This document shows positions 1 through 10,445 of a stretch of 64,000 nucleotides of DNA, piece by piece. Origin of the DNA: Callorhinchus milii (taxonomy: Eukaryota); contig NW_024704742.1 of the NCBI RefSeq assembly GCF_018977255.1, positions 868,001 to 932,000 on the forward strand, in the 5' to 3' direction. Position numbers and translations under genes: made by a program. The first letter of the stretch is position 1; each line of letters opens with the position of its first letter. The notes beneath the pieces are model-generated. The model made no database searches, was not told where the DNA came from, and saw only the letters and a program-made list of their open reading frames with translations.

Positions 1-360
1 GTTCGCCATTCTATATTCCTCAACCAGCAAAAGACGATGGAACAGAGATGGTGATATTGCACATGTTCCTTTGTTATAGCACACGAAGGTGTTATGAAAC
101 TCTGCAAACTTTACCCCAGTGTACCTCGCCTTGACCTACGACTACAGGAGATTTCTTGCTACAGCGATTTCCGGGCTTGTTTCTCTCCCACAGATATCGG
201 GGTGGCAAAACTCACCCTGTAAGGCTTCTTTGTGTGCAGATGAGCGCTATGCAAATGCATAAATATAAATGCAAGATGAGGCCAGAATACTGCAACTACA
301 GGAACGCACTTGATAATTGGTTCAAGTAATGTGTAGGGTTGAGGTGGATTCTATAATAAG

Positions 361-990
361 AAGAATAAGAATTCTTACATTTAGTATTGTACCTTTCACG
401 TTGGGAGGGCTTCCCAAAGCGCTTCACAGGATATCCTGAAAAGTGCAGTGACTTTGTTTGGGGGGTGAAAGTGGCGCCAATTCTGCATACAGGAATGTTC
501 CAAACATTTATGAAGTGAATGAACAATTTTTAAAATGTAATATTAATGATAAAAATAAGACGTTTATAAGATAAAAATTAAAAATAATTTTTTGTTTTGA
601 AGGGATTATTACCCCCACAAAAGCAATCTGGCAATCGACTAACAACCAGATTCCTACTTACTGCTAGGTAAACAGAGGTGTGTGGGGGAAGGAAACTTGC
701 CCAACCTTTTAGCCTGCCCTGGAAGATTCTTGGTCAGGACACTGGGAGAAACTTCCTTCTCTTTTTCGATTGTGCTGCAGAATCTTTAACATCCACCTGA
801 ACGATCAGACCAGGCCTCAGTTTAACATCTCAACTGAAAGACGGCATCTCCAACAACACAGTTGAATCCCAGCATTGCATTGGAGTGTCAGCTTAGACTA
901 TATGAGTTCCAAGTCCCGAGGTAGGGATTTGAACCCACAATCTTACGACCCAGAGGAGGGAATGCTACCAACTAAGCCAGGCTGACGCAC
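361..990 (-). mobile_element. Deu-domain SINE (SacSINE1/AmnSINE1-like), full length, interrupted by a younger SINE fragment at ~590-722
   Basis: On the minus strand: tRNA-like head (TGCGTCAGCCTGGCTTAGTTGGTAGC...GGGTTCAAATCCC), Deu-like core (GAGATGCCGTCTTTCAGTTGAGATGTTAAACTGAGG...CAGGTGGATGTTAAAGAT) and L2-type tail at 361-530. About 13 homologous copies occur in the window. Confidence 0.85.
590..722 (-). mobile_element. Central (CORE-like) fragment of the young tRNA-Ala SINE nested in the Deu-SINE
   Basis: Matches 4780-4900 and 51790-51920 (TTGGGCAAGTTTCCTT...CTGTTTACCTAGCAGTAAGTAGGAA). Confidence 0.8.
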
Positions 991-1290
991 ATTCTGGTAC
1001 CTTATCAAAGACGCTTGCTAGGTTCTTTCTTGCCTTCCTTAAGCAGACACTTTTCTTTCTCTAGCACTTCGGTTTTCATCTGCCATCACGCACAGCACTC
1101 TTTAGAGCAACAAATACACCCTGGAGCAAGACGTTGTCTCCCTATTGTGTTTGGCAGCCTTTTTTTGTAGGACGGGATTTGGCCCTTCGCAGACCTGTCA
1201 GTAAATAAGGTTACAGTTTTATCAAACAGCCTTTGGGTTGGAAGGATACAATATGGTTTTATGCTCTGTTAAAAGAATGCCCCCCATGTA

Positions 1291-1349
1291 GGGGTGGGAG
1301 TGGGGTGGGGAGTGGTGAAGGGGGGGTGGGGGGGGGGGGTGGTGGGGGG
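1291..1349 (+). repeat. G-rich low-complexity tract with G-quadruplex potential
   Basis: Many runs of >=3 G separated by short loops. Confidence 0.75.
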
Positions 1350-2054
1350 ATGAGAAGAGAATGTTTTGGTGCAGGAGCGTTCATTAAACAAATTTGGAAA
1401 TGGCTGTTAACACGAGTTGAAAAGTTTAGAACACTGTAGGTGCTGTTGTGTACATTTTCTCATTTGCATCTGAATGAAAGCTGTTAGTTGACTTGGTGCC
1501 CGGTGCTGCTATGGCTGGATCAGAATACGCCTTTGTTGGTTTTAGCTTTGGTCGATTCCACTATTTTCAGCGGGGAGAGGGGGTGGGGAAGGTGAATTTA
1601 GTTTGTCTAGTCAGGCAGAACACTCAACAGGAAGGAAGGAATAAGTGGCTCTCTTTAGTGCCATTGTCTGGTAACACAGTTTAAGCAGTCAAATAACCGT
1701 TCAGTCTATAGGGTATGTTCCCAGAACGTGAAGAGGGATAGAGAGAGGGAATGAAGGTGGAGTCAGACTCCACACTGAGCCTTCCATGAAAAAAGGCAAA
1801 TTCCACTCTTTCTTTACTTTCGGTACTTAACCCTTTCAATCCTCTTTTGATTTACAGGTCAGGTTTTGTTGGTCAGCCACTCAGTGATTTTTGGCTCAGA
1901 AAATAACCACCAGAACCAAGAAGGTTAAGAGGTTGTCTGTGTCCTCAGGAATTCCTGGCTTGCAAGCATGAGGTCCTCTTGCATCCAAATGCTGACACAA
2001 CCCCGAGACCACCAGCCAGCAGCCAATTTGGGCAACTTGGAAAAATAATACGAT

Positions 2055-2218
2055 GACTCAATCTACGGGACTTTGTGGGACGTCGCCGTGCGCAATTGGC
2101 TGCCGCGTTTCACCCACAAGAAACACAGTCATTCCACTTTACAATATATTCTGTGAAGCGCTTTGAGATGTCTCAACAACGTGATGAGGCGCTGTAACAA
2201 ATGCCAGGATTATTATTT
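2055..2218 (+). mobile_element. SINE 3' half (5'-truncated)
   Basis: GTGCGCAATTGGCTGCCGCGTTTC...GTGAAGCGCTTTGAGATGTC...GGATTATTATT tail. Confidence 0.85.
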
Positions 2219-3134
2219 TTCTAACTTAAAAGTGGCAACATAAGGAAGCCTGCCACTGTTTTTACAGCAGGGAGTTAGCATAGTCAAGCCTGGAAGTGGT
2301 CAGTTTACATGCAGCCAAAGAGGTGAAAGAGACAGTCCTTGCTTTTTCCCTTCCCCCCCCCTCCTGTCAAGGTGGAGCACAGATACCATGAGCTAGCTCC
2401 AGTTACACCTCCCTTGCCAACCTGCGCCTAATACTTTCCGGAATTAGGTGAAGCAGCATGCGTCCCCCCAGGGAGAGAGAGAGAGAGTGCGCATACCATT
2501 GCAACAATCTACCTCTGGGATTTCCACGTGTAGTTGGGTTGCGTGGAAATCTCAGCTTGGTTTGAATATTCTTAAGCAACGGCGATGGGTTTACGCATGT
2601 GTCAGATCCCCGGCTGATCATCCCCAAAGATTACACTTCCCTGCAGTAATGTTGTGGTTGGGGGTGCCTTGTTACTCAGACCTGCGACCTTCTGACTGAC
2701 TGTGAGATGAATATTGTAACTCGGCTAATAGTCCATCAGTCATCACTGAGTGTGCTGGAAATACAGGAAGCAGGCAATCTGCTGCAAGGAACCCATTTCA
2801 GAGTACGTCCCGACCACATAGCCAGCCAGCGATGAGGCTACAGGTGAGTCACGAGAGGACAGTCACAATTTGAGCATTTTTGGCATTGAGTGGCTCAGCA
2901 TAATGGGAACTGTTGGGGTCTGATGATAGCATTTCTTGTTAGACCAGGGAACTGGATTGGATGACTGTAGGCTCAAGCCTGACACAGACCTGATCTCATT
3001 CTGATATCATGCGTGAGTAGGAGCTTAAGAAACGTACTGGTGAAAAAGTCTTGCTCCTTATGCCAAAGATATGTAATTATTTACAGTGGGGAACACAATC
3101 AAAAGCATGTGCTGTGCAGACTTACAATAAAAAG

Positions 3135-3292
3135 GGAATAACTTGCATTTTTATAGCATTTTATCACACCAAAACATCTCAAAGCACTTCACAGGAATTT
3201 GCTGTCAAGTGTGCTGACTGTGTATTTGTAGGCGAATGACATCTTGTACACAGTCAGTAAGTCTCACTTATACAGTCATGAGGTGAATGACC
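3135..3292 (-). mobile_element. Old SINE 3' half
   Basis: Degenerate reverse complement of the shared SINE tail. Confidence 0.7.
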
Positions 3293-3403
3293 TGGAGGAT
3301 GACTTACAGGGACAGCAATCGATGGACTTTTCACGATGTTTGAAGTTTTGCATTTTGTTGAATCTCACTTTTATTTTTACATAATAATAATAATAATCTT
3401 TGC

Positions 3404-3576
3404 CTTCCCTCCCCTCACCCTGACTATTTCCCCTCCTCCTCGCTCCCTCCCTTCCCTCCCCTCATCCTGACCATTTCCCCCTGCTCGGGTCCTGACCCAA
3501 CTGTGCAGCGCCTTGGGACGTCCTCCTGACGTGAAAGGCGCTTTATAAATGGAATCTTGTTGTTGTTGTTGTTGTT
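3404..3576 (+). mobile_element. L2 LINE 3' end (young subfamily, (GTT)n tail)
   Basis: Near-identical to the 3' end of the L2 at 62003-62553, which carries ORF2 sequence. Contains stem-loop AGCGCCTT-GGG-ACGTC-CTCCT-GACGT-GA-AAGGCGCT followed by (GTT)n. Confidence 0.9.
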
Positions 3577-3749
3577 TGACATAGGCCATCACATAAGTTG
3601 AACGTCTCAAAGTGCTTCACAGGATTTACTATGAAGTGGTTTGACTGTGAATTTTGTGGGCGCATTGGCAGCCAATTTGTGCATAGAAATGTCCCACAAG
3701 CAGCGATGGAGTGAGTGACCAATTATATTTGGAGGATTGTTGAACAGAA

Positions 3750-4075
3750 TAATAACAATAATAATAATCCTTGCGTTTGATATAGCGCTTTTCACGTCTT
3801 CTCGAAGTCTCAAAGCGCTTCACAGAATATACTGTAAAGTGAATTGACTGTATATTTGTGGGCGAACGCGGCAGCCAATTGCGCAGAGCAGCGTCCCCAC
3901 AAAAACTCGTAGATTGAAAATGACCAATTTATTATTGTTTTGTTTTGTTGGAGGGATTATTATTAGGCTCTGTGTGGAGTAAGGAAACCTGCCCAAAGTT
4001 TCGTCCGGCCTGGAATTGAACTCACGTCTCTCATTTGCAAAGCGAGTGCTCTAACCGCTGAGGTGCGGGACTCCA
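3750..4075 (-). mobile_element. Young tRNA-Ala-derived SINE, full length, short (internally deleted) subfamily
   Basis: Head GTGGAGTCCCGCACCTCAGCGGTTAGAGCACTCGCTTTGCAA...GAGTTCAATTCC with A/B boxes; (ATT)n tail; very similar to 8128-8452. Confidence 0.92.
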
Positions 4076-4586
4076 CAATACCATAGAATACCAGGAGAAA
4101 CTCGCTTCTCTTTTCAAATAGTACCATGGGATCTTTAACGTCCACCTGAACAGGCAGACGGGACCTCGGATGAACATCTCATCTGAAGAACGGCACCTCT
4201 GACTTCATATTGTAGCCTGAGATCCTAGTTTAACGTCTCTCCTGAAGGATGACGTAAATCTTAACCAATGCAGCACTCGCCTGGAATTACACTGGAGTCT
4301 GAATTTAGATTGTGAGCTGTAAGCTGCAAAGGGTGTATTGTTTCGATGAACCTGAACTCGGAACCCAGTAATTTGGATCCATGGTGGTGGTGATCTCTAT
4401 GCATGACAGCAAACAAATGGAAATTTATCAGCGCACATTCATATCCTAATACCATCATGTATGTACACCTTGAAGTTGCCAGGGTGTCCCTTCACTCAGA
4501 AGGGGTAATGTTACTGAACTCTAGCCAAAAACTGATTACTGAAGAAGCCCATATTCTCTTGTTCTCCTCATATCACAAAGTCTAAA

Positions 4587-4962
4587 AATAATAATAATAA
4601 TAATGATCCTTGCATTTGATATACAGCCTTATCACGTCTTCGAGACGTCTCAAAGAGCTTCACAGAATATATTGTGAAGTGAATTGACTGTATATTTTTT
4701 GTGGGAGAAACGTGGCAGCCAATTGCGCTCAGCAGTGTCCCACAAACAGTCGTGGTTTGAAGCGACTCATTTTATTTAAGCAATTATTACCGCTGGAAAA
4801 GCGATCCGCCAATTGACTAACAACCGGGTTCCTACTTACTGCTGGGTAAACAGAAGCGTGTGGAGTAAGGAAACTTGCCCAACATTTTGCCCCGCCAGGA
4901 AACGAACCCAGGTCTCTCGCTTGCAAGGCGAGTGCTCTAACCACTGAGTTCCAGGTCTCCAC
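4587..4962 (-). mobile_element. Young tRNA-Ala-derived SINE, full length, long subfamily
   Basis: tRNA head with CTTGCAA anticodon loop, complete CORE-like middle, shared tail and (ATT)n. Confidence 0.92.
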
Positions 4963-5484
4963 ATCGATAGACAGGCTGGTGACCTGCCCAAGAGGCTTCT
5001 GCCAATGCTGTAACCAGTCACCAGGAGGCACACATAACCATTTTCTCTTTCTCTTTGACAGGGAGTCTTTGGACTATTATACCCTCGGAAGTGGGGGTGG
5101 GGGGTGTGTGTCTTCAAATGGTGCTGGCTACCTAAAAGTGGCACAGTCTATAGTGGGAACTGGGCGCAGCAGTGATTGTCAGTTCACAACCCAATTCCAT
5201 CATCTCAACACCCTCTATCATAGCTAGGGTCATGTTTACAAGCAGTAGAGGTGCTTGCAGCGAAAGTTCAGAGAGTGTCTACATTGCACAGACGTCGTGG
5301 AAATTCTTTAGTGAGCCCAACAGAGATCTCAAGGGACCAAAGAAAAGACTTGAGTGTAAAATCATCCAAACAGCACGCACAGCAACATGGGTTCGTTTAC
5401 GTGACTCTGGTCACAATACGTGAGGTCAGTGAGGATTGTGGTGAGTTTACTGGCCAACTTTCAAATTTGAGGAGAGTTGTCATA

Positions 5485-5860
5485 GGAACATAAGAGTTTA
5501 CAAGGTGAAAGAAGCCCTAGGTCCATCTAGTTCGCCTTCCACCAGCCTGGCAGTCGCTTGACATGTCGGGTCCTAAACTATATACTGTATCCTGAGATAT
5601 TATTTTCTAGCAGAAATCTATCTAATTTGTTTCTGAAACAAATCACATTTTCTGTTTCCCTCATCTCCCAAGGGAGCCTGCTCCATAAGGTTACTACTCA
5701 TTGAAGTAGTGTTTCTGCAGATTTGTTCTGAATTTACCCCTTTCAATCACAGGCCGTGCCCTCTGGTTCTATTGTTCAGTACAAGATACAACAGCTTATC
5801 ATGGTCTACATTATCTATTCCCTTCAGAATCTTAAAGGCTCTCCTTGATCATCTGATGAG
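5485..5860 (-). mobile_element. CR1 LINE 3' fragment
   Basis: Minus-strand ORF2 C-terminal remnants and a CR1-type 3' UTR ending in CTTATGTTCCTATG. Confidence 0.7.
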
Positions 5861-6174
5861 AGCTATTTGTCTATGGTTGTCTCATGCTATCATGGGTAAA
5901 TTTCATTCACGCATTGTCTGCATAACTGTGGCATCATCTGGTGAGACAGATGATGTGAAAACCCAAGAACAATTTTCTATAGTCAGTAAAATAAATGTAG
6001 ATGCAGGAGGTTGAATGTGCAGTATAGCCATCCAGGTGAATAAGGGACTTGCCAGTTAACGTATGTTAAATTTTGCTGGGCCGAGTGGGTAATGGCAGAT
6101 TTAGATCCCAGTGTGTGATGAATCTCCTCGTGGACTATAAATGGCTTGAACTCTCCCTCCCTCTCCCCCTCTCC

Positions 6175-6495
6175 CCCAGTAGGACAGGCAAAATCAGCCA
6201 GGATTCCTGCTCTTGATCCACAAGAAGTTGTATTTATTTATATAGCGCCCTTCACCTCCGATAGCATCTCAGCGTTCCTTACAAAGGCAAGATTGGACAC
6301 TGAGCAATTGGGGCGAGCAGATGGGAAGTAAGTGGGAGGTGATCATAGACACAGTCAAATAAGTAGGTTTTAGGGCAAGATTTAAAGACCGATATAGAGG
6401 AGGTGAGACGGAGAGGCACAGAGAGGGAGTGGCAGAGGTTAGGATGGGGCTTGGTAGTGATGTCCCACAGTCGAATAGTCTCAGATACACACCTC
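6175..6495 (+). mobile_element. Ancient SINE fragment (AmnSINE2-like) split by an L2 tail
   Basis: AAAATCAGCCAGGATTCCTGCTCTTGATC ... GGATGGGGCTTGGTAGTGATGTCCCACAGTCGAATAG; homologous to 55985-56375 and 27590-27922. Confidence 0.6.
6226..6440 (-). mobile_element. L2 LINE 3' end
   Basis: Minus frame reads ...FKSCPKTYLFD (L2 ORF2 C-terminus), followed by tail GAAGGGCGCTATATAAAT. Confidence 0.8.
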
Positions 6496-6939
6496 CAAAG
6501 GGTCAGGAATGAATTATGCCCATTCGGAGGATGTCGAGTGCCTGTGAAAATGCGCGTTCTCCAGTTCATGGAGAAAAAGGAGAGCAGACAGTGAGGAAAT
6601 GAACAGAGTCAAACACAAAACTCAAAGGCTGCTGTTACGTCACAGATTTCTCTTGAGACAGGGACTCCATCTGCCGACGGCTGATCTTGAGTAGGCATTC
6701 TGTGTACTTTAAGGCTTACACAGTGCCACGCGTGGATTTTCTGGTGTTTAGAATGCTCCTTGTTTGCCGCACGCTCTTCTCGAGCTGCTTGGCCACACTG
6801 CTGGGTGGAAGCCTTTCAAGTAATGCTGCCAGTCCTTTCTCTGGTGGGGGGGTGGGGGAGCGGTGAGCAGCAAAACGTGGACGTTAAAAGTGGTAGTTTT
6901 CTCCACTTCTTCTCCATAAACAATGTGGTCTGTAGGAAA

Positions 6940-7121
6940 CGTTACTGATTGGAACTTGCCTCCTGGCTCCAGCCCTCATTCCGACCTGCTGCAGTTATAG
7001 CACAGGATCCTGCAGGGATACAGCTCCACACACACATACACACACACACACACACAAGGCCCCAGAGAGAGAAAGTGCCTCTAGGATTCTGTTTTAATGG
7101 GATTCTTGCCAGTGGGTAAGT
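6940..7121 (+). promoter_or_regulatory. Candidate promoter / alternative first exon ending ATG GGA TTC TTG CCA GTG G|gtaagt
   Basis: Repeat-free island with reverse CCAAT (CTGATTGG 6945-6952), TTATAG at ~6995, ATG at 7097 and a consensus donor G|GTAAGT at 7115/7116. Gene not identified. Confidence 0.3.
7027..7056 (+). repeat. (CA)n microsatellite
   Basis: About 15 CA units with one interruption. Confidence 0.9.
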
Positions 7122-7829
7122 TCAAAGTGCAGTTTCCAGTAATTTGCTGTAACTACTTGGTGCGTTTGATAGGTCGGGACAGGAGCATGGAACCTGAAGT
7201 AATATTTCCTGATTTCTATCATTGGTGAGACTGACGGAGGGTCACAGGAGGACGGAGTGAATCGGAAAACGCTCTTGGCTGTCACTTTTCTTTGTTCCCT
7301 TTCTTCTCCTTCATCAGATCGTATCGCGTTTTAACATTGACCCTGAACTTGGACAATATTTGTACTGATTGTTTCCTAGTACAAAACTCTACATGTGCCT
7401 CTTCCAGGAAATGGCTTGGGCTCCCCCCTCCCTCCCTCCCGCCACCCCCTCCCACTTTCAACCCTACCCTCCCCTGTTTCCTTCCAGTTTATTTTGTGGT
7501 GTACTCGCCGCACATTAAAGCAATGGACATCTTTGAAACCCATGTCACAGGTCATACAAGTGTATTATTAGCTAATGTAAAAATGTCCCTCTTTTTTATA
7601 TTACCACTCACGCACACGCTGCTCACTCAAAATCACAATATTGTACTCAAGATTCTTAAGAGTCGCGGTGCGATCTATATGAACGCTTCGCAATGAAGGT
7701 ATAAAAAATACACAAGCAAAGATTGCAAAGATTGCAATGACTGTACAGCAGGGAAACAAGCTGCTCGGCCCACCAGTCCGTGCCCGTGTTTATACTCCGC
7801 ACGAGTCTGGAGTGGTGAGCGGTAAGTCT

Positions 7830-8080
7830 CAGCTGAGCCAGCAGTTGGGGTGGTATAAATTGGCTTCAGCAGCCCACTGGGAAAGGGATAGAGAAATCAG
7901 TCACGGGGGACTTTTTAACTATTGATCGCTGTACATAGACTCTCCCTCCCCCTCCACCCCCCATCCTGCCATACACAGATTCTCTCCCCACCCTCTCCCG
8001 CTCCACCCCAGCTCCACACCCACAGCCTCACTGGAAGAAGTGTGTTTGTGGACTTGTTGGGTGAGGACAACGAAAATTGC
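7830..8080 (+). mobile_element. Ancient SINE fragment (AmnSINE2-like)
   Basis: TCTCAGC...AATTGGCTTCAGC...AAATCAG...TGATCGCT...GTGGAC...GGGTGAGGACA blocks in the same order as in the other copies. Confidence 0.5.
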
Positions 8081-8127
8081 AAATCCATCCATTTCCTTTG
8101 ATCCGCCAACAACCCATCACCGTGTTA

Positions 8128-8452
8128 AATAATAATAATAACAATCCTTGCATTTGATATAGCGCTTTTCATGTCTTCTCGACGTCCCAAAGCGCTTCAC
8201 AGAACACACTGTAAATGAATTGACTGTATATTTGTGGGCGAACGCGGCAGCCAATTGCGCACAGCAATGTCCCACAAACAGTCGTAGATTGCAAATGACC
8301 AATTTATTATTGATTTTGGTTTTGGAGGGAATATTATTAGGCTCTGTGCGGAGTAAGGAAACTTGCCCAAGGTTTCGCCCTCTGCCTGGAATTGAACTCA
8401 GGTCTCTCACTTGCAAAGCGAGTGCTCTAACCACTGAGCTACAGGACTCCAC
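8128..8452 (-). mobile_element. Young tRNA-Ala-derived SINE, full length, short subfamily
   Basis: Head GTGGAGTCCTGTAGCTCAGTGGTTAGAGCACTCGCTTTGCAAGTGAGAGACCTGAGTTCAATTCC with intact A box (TAGCTCAGTGG) and B box (GTTCAATTCC); (ATT)n tail. Confidence 0.95.
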
Positions 8453-9177
8453 AAGAGTATCAACAACAAGGACATCCTCAGACGTTCTGATATAATGGAT
8501 TCAAACCAGACTGAGAGCTCCACATATGCAGACCATATGCACATGACCATTTCCCAGTGTCTGGAATGGAATGCGCACTCTCCCTGGAAAGACACATCCT
8601 CTTACCTAATCCTCTTACCTATGAGAACCAGAGCTGGAGATCTCAAGTTGTGCAATGACATACTGTTGCAGCTTAAACAGCTATAACCTGCGTAGCTTCC
8701 CATTGAGACCATTGTCAAAATGTGTCCCTTGGTGGCACTTTCAGTCATCTTCCCTGGTCCCATCCCACCCTCAGCTGCGATACCCATCCAGCACTGTGAA
8801 GGCACATTGGGACAACCTCCTGACGTGAAAGGCGCTTTATTTAACTCGATGAGTCAAATGGCCTTCGTCTGTGCTATAGATAGCTATGTAAATGTAAATT
8901 GTCTTGTCTTGTCTGGTAAGATTATTTCTGCTTGTCTAGGTACACCCTACCTGTTAGAGCTTTGACTCGCAGGCTTAACAGAAACCAAGGAAAAGGACCC
9001 ACTAAGAAATACTAACTTATGGTTATAATTACAATATGGACGTAATATCGAACTAAGTTCATGTATTTATACGTGCACCACAGAAATTGACTAAAAGTAA
9101 TGAGTGGAGGCCAAACCACGTCGATAGATTAGCTGTGTTTAAATGAACAAAGTGGAAAAATTCGAATATATTAGAGA

Positions 9178-9245
9178 AGCGTGGGGCAACCTTTTGGCTG
9201 CTGAGGGCTGGATGCCCCATTTGAGAAGTGTCGGTGGGCCGTATG
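9178..9245 (+). mobile_element. Possible hAT-type non-autonomous DNA transposon end
   Basis: GGGGCAACCTTTTGGCTGCTGAGGGCTGGAT...GGTGGGCCG resembles CAGGGGTGGGCAACCT-type hAT termini as recalled. No matching second end was found. Confidence 0.3.
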
Positions 9246-10326
9246 AGCGATATTTTTGTGTTTTGCTTCCAGAAATATAACATAATATTTATGGAGGGAG
9301 CAGGTGAGCCGGAAGAAATGGAGGGAGGAAGTGGGGGATGAAATCGGCCGAGTTGGGCCACTATGAGTCTAAGAAAGGGACATTGACTTTTTCAGTGGGG
9401 GGTCGGAGATTAGGGTTCCTAGAACCTTTTTCTTCGATATGCAAAGCTGTTCAATAACTAATCCTTTAATATGAGTTGAGGTTAAAGGCAGGTTTAACAA
9501 GACATCATAATGGTTCATTAGTTTCATAATAAGCAGGGATGGAGTTGGATCTGCTAAGACATGCATTCAAGAGCATCACCTGTATGGTATTTTTGTACTA
9601 AAGCTCCAAGAATCTGAACAGATTACCTGACCAGAAAGACATTACAGGTTTTGAAATGTTACAAATGTCTCATGCAGTTCAATTATCCGGGATAATAGAT
9701 CCCTTTAAATCCCTCAGTGTTTTTTTTCCCCCTGTTACATCCTGTCTTAGCCTGGAGGTAGGAGTGTAATAAGAATGTCGGATGATAGCAGTCTGCACTC
9801 TGGAACAGTTTACTAGGAGGAAGTCCGCAATTACATATTTCTGGGCAAACATTAACTGAGAGTCAAGCAGACTTCAGCACAAGTTTGAGAGCTGGCTGGG
9901 ACTGGAAGTCTTGGCCGACTGGCTGGAAGCAAGAAACAGCGGTAATTTATGAGGCTGCATGTAGTTGGAGAGACTCAGTGCAAGCAACGCATTTGAAAGT
10001 TTCCAGCTTTCTCAACATGAAATCATTCCCTCTAAAAACACACTCAGAGAGAAAAAATTCTGATTCATCCAGGCAATTGCACATTTGTTTTATCTCCATT
10101 TGCTACAATGGTGGGAAAACTGATTGTGGGGTTGTCTGATCTTAATGATGCTTTCTTATCAGATTTCACTTGTATATTTGGTTGTTTGATCTCATACACT
10201 TGTCTTTGGGAAAAAGTGAAAAGGTGTAGGTGGAAAATAAATGGTTCATCTCTTGTTCTTCTTGATCGGGAACTGACTCGGACAGAGAGTATAAAACAGG
10301 AAGCAGATGTGACAAGTGAATAGCAT

Positions 10327-10445
10327 GATAATCCTTGCATATGATTATAGCACCCTATCATGTCATTGAAAACTCTCAAAACACTTCACAGGATTTACTG
10401 TGAAGTACAGTGACTGTGAATTTGTAGGCAAACAAAATAGCCCAA
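10327..10445 (-). mobile_element. Old SINE tail
   Basis: ATAATCCTTGCATATGAT...CTCAAAACACTTCACAGG is the reverse complement of the shared tail. Confidence 0.75.

Larger units (their letters stand above)
3381..4370 (-). mobile_element. Deu-domain SINE split by two later insertions (L2 tail 3404-3576; young SINE 3750-4075)
   Basis: Tail at 3381-3403 and 3575-3748; Deu core resumes at ~4090 (GGATCTTTAACGTCCACCTGAACAGGCAGACGGGACCTCGG). AGAATA occurs on both sides of the young SINE. Confidence 0.8.

Noticed and set aside
1827..1928. piggyBac-like MITE (TTAACCCTTT...GAAGGTTAA)
   Set aside because: Only a few terminal bases are complementary and there is a single copy, so chance cannot be excluded.
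8375..8452. tRNA-Ala gene
   Set aside because: The tRNA-like sequence is the head of a SINE. It continues into the SINE body, lacks a clean acceptor stem and terminator, and is multicopy and diverged.
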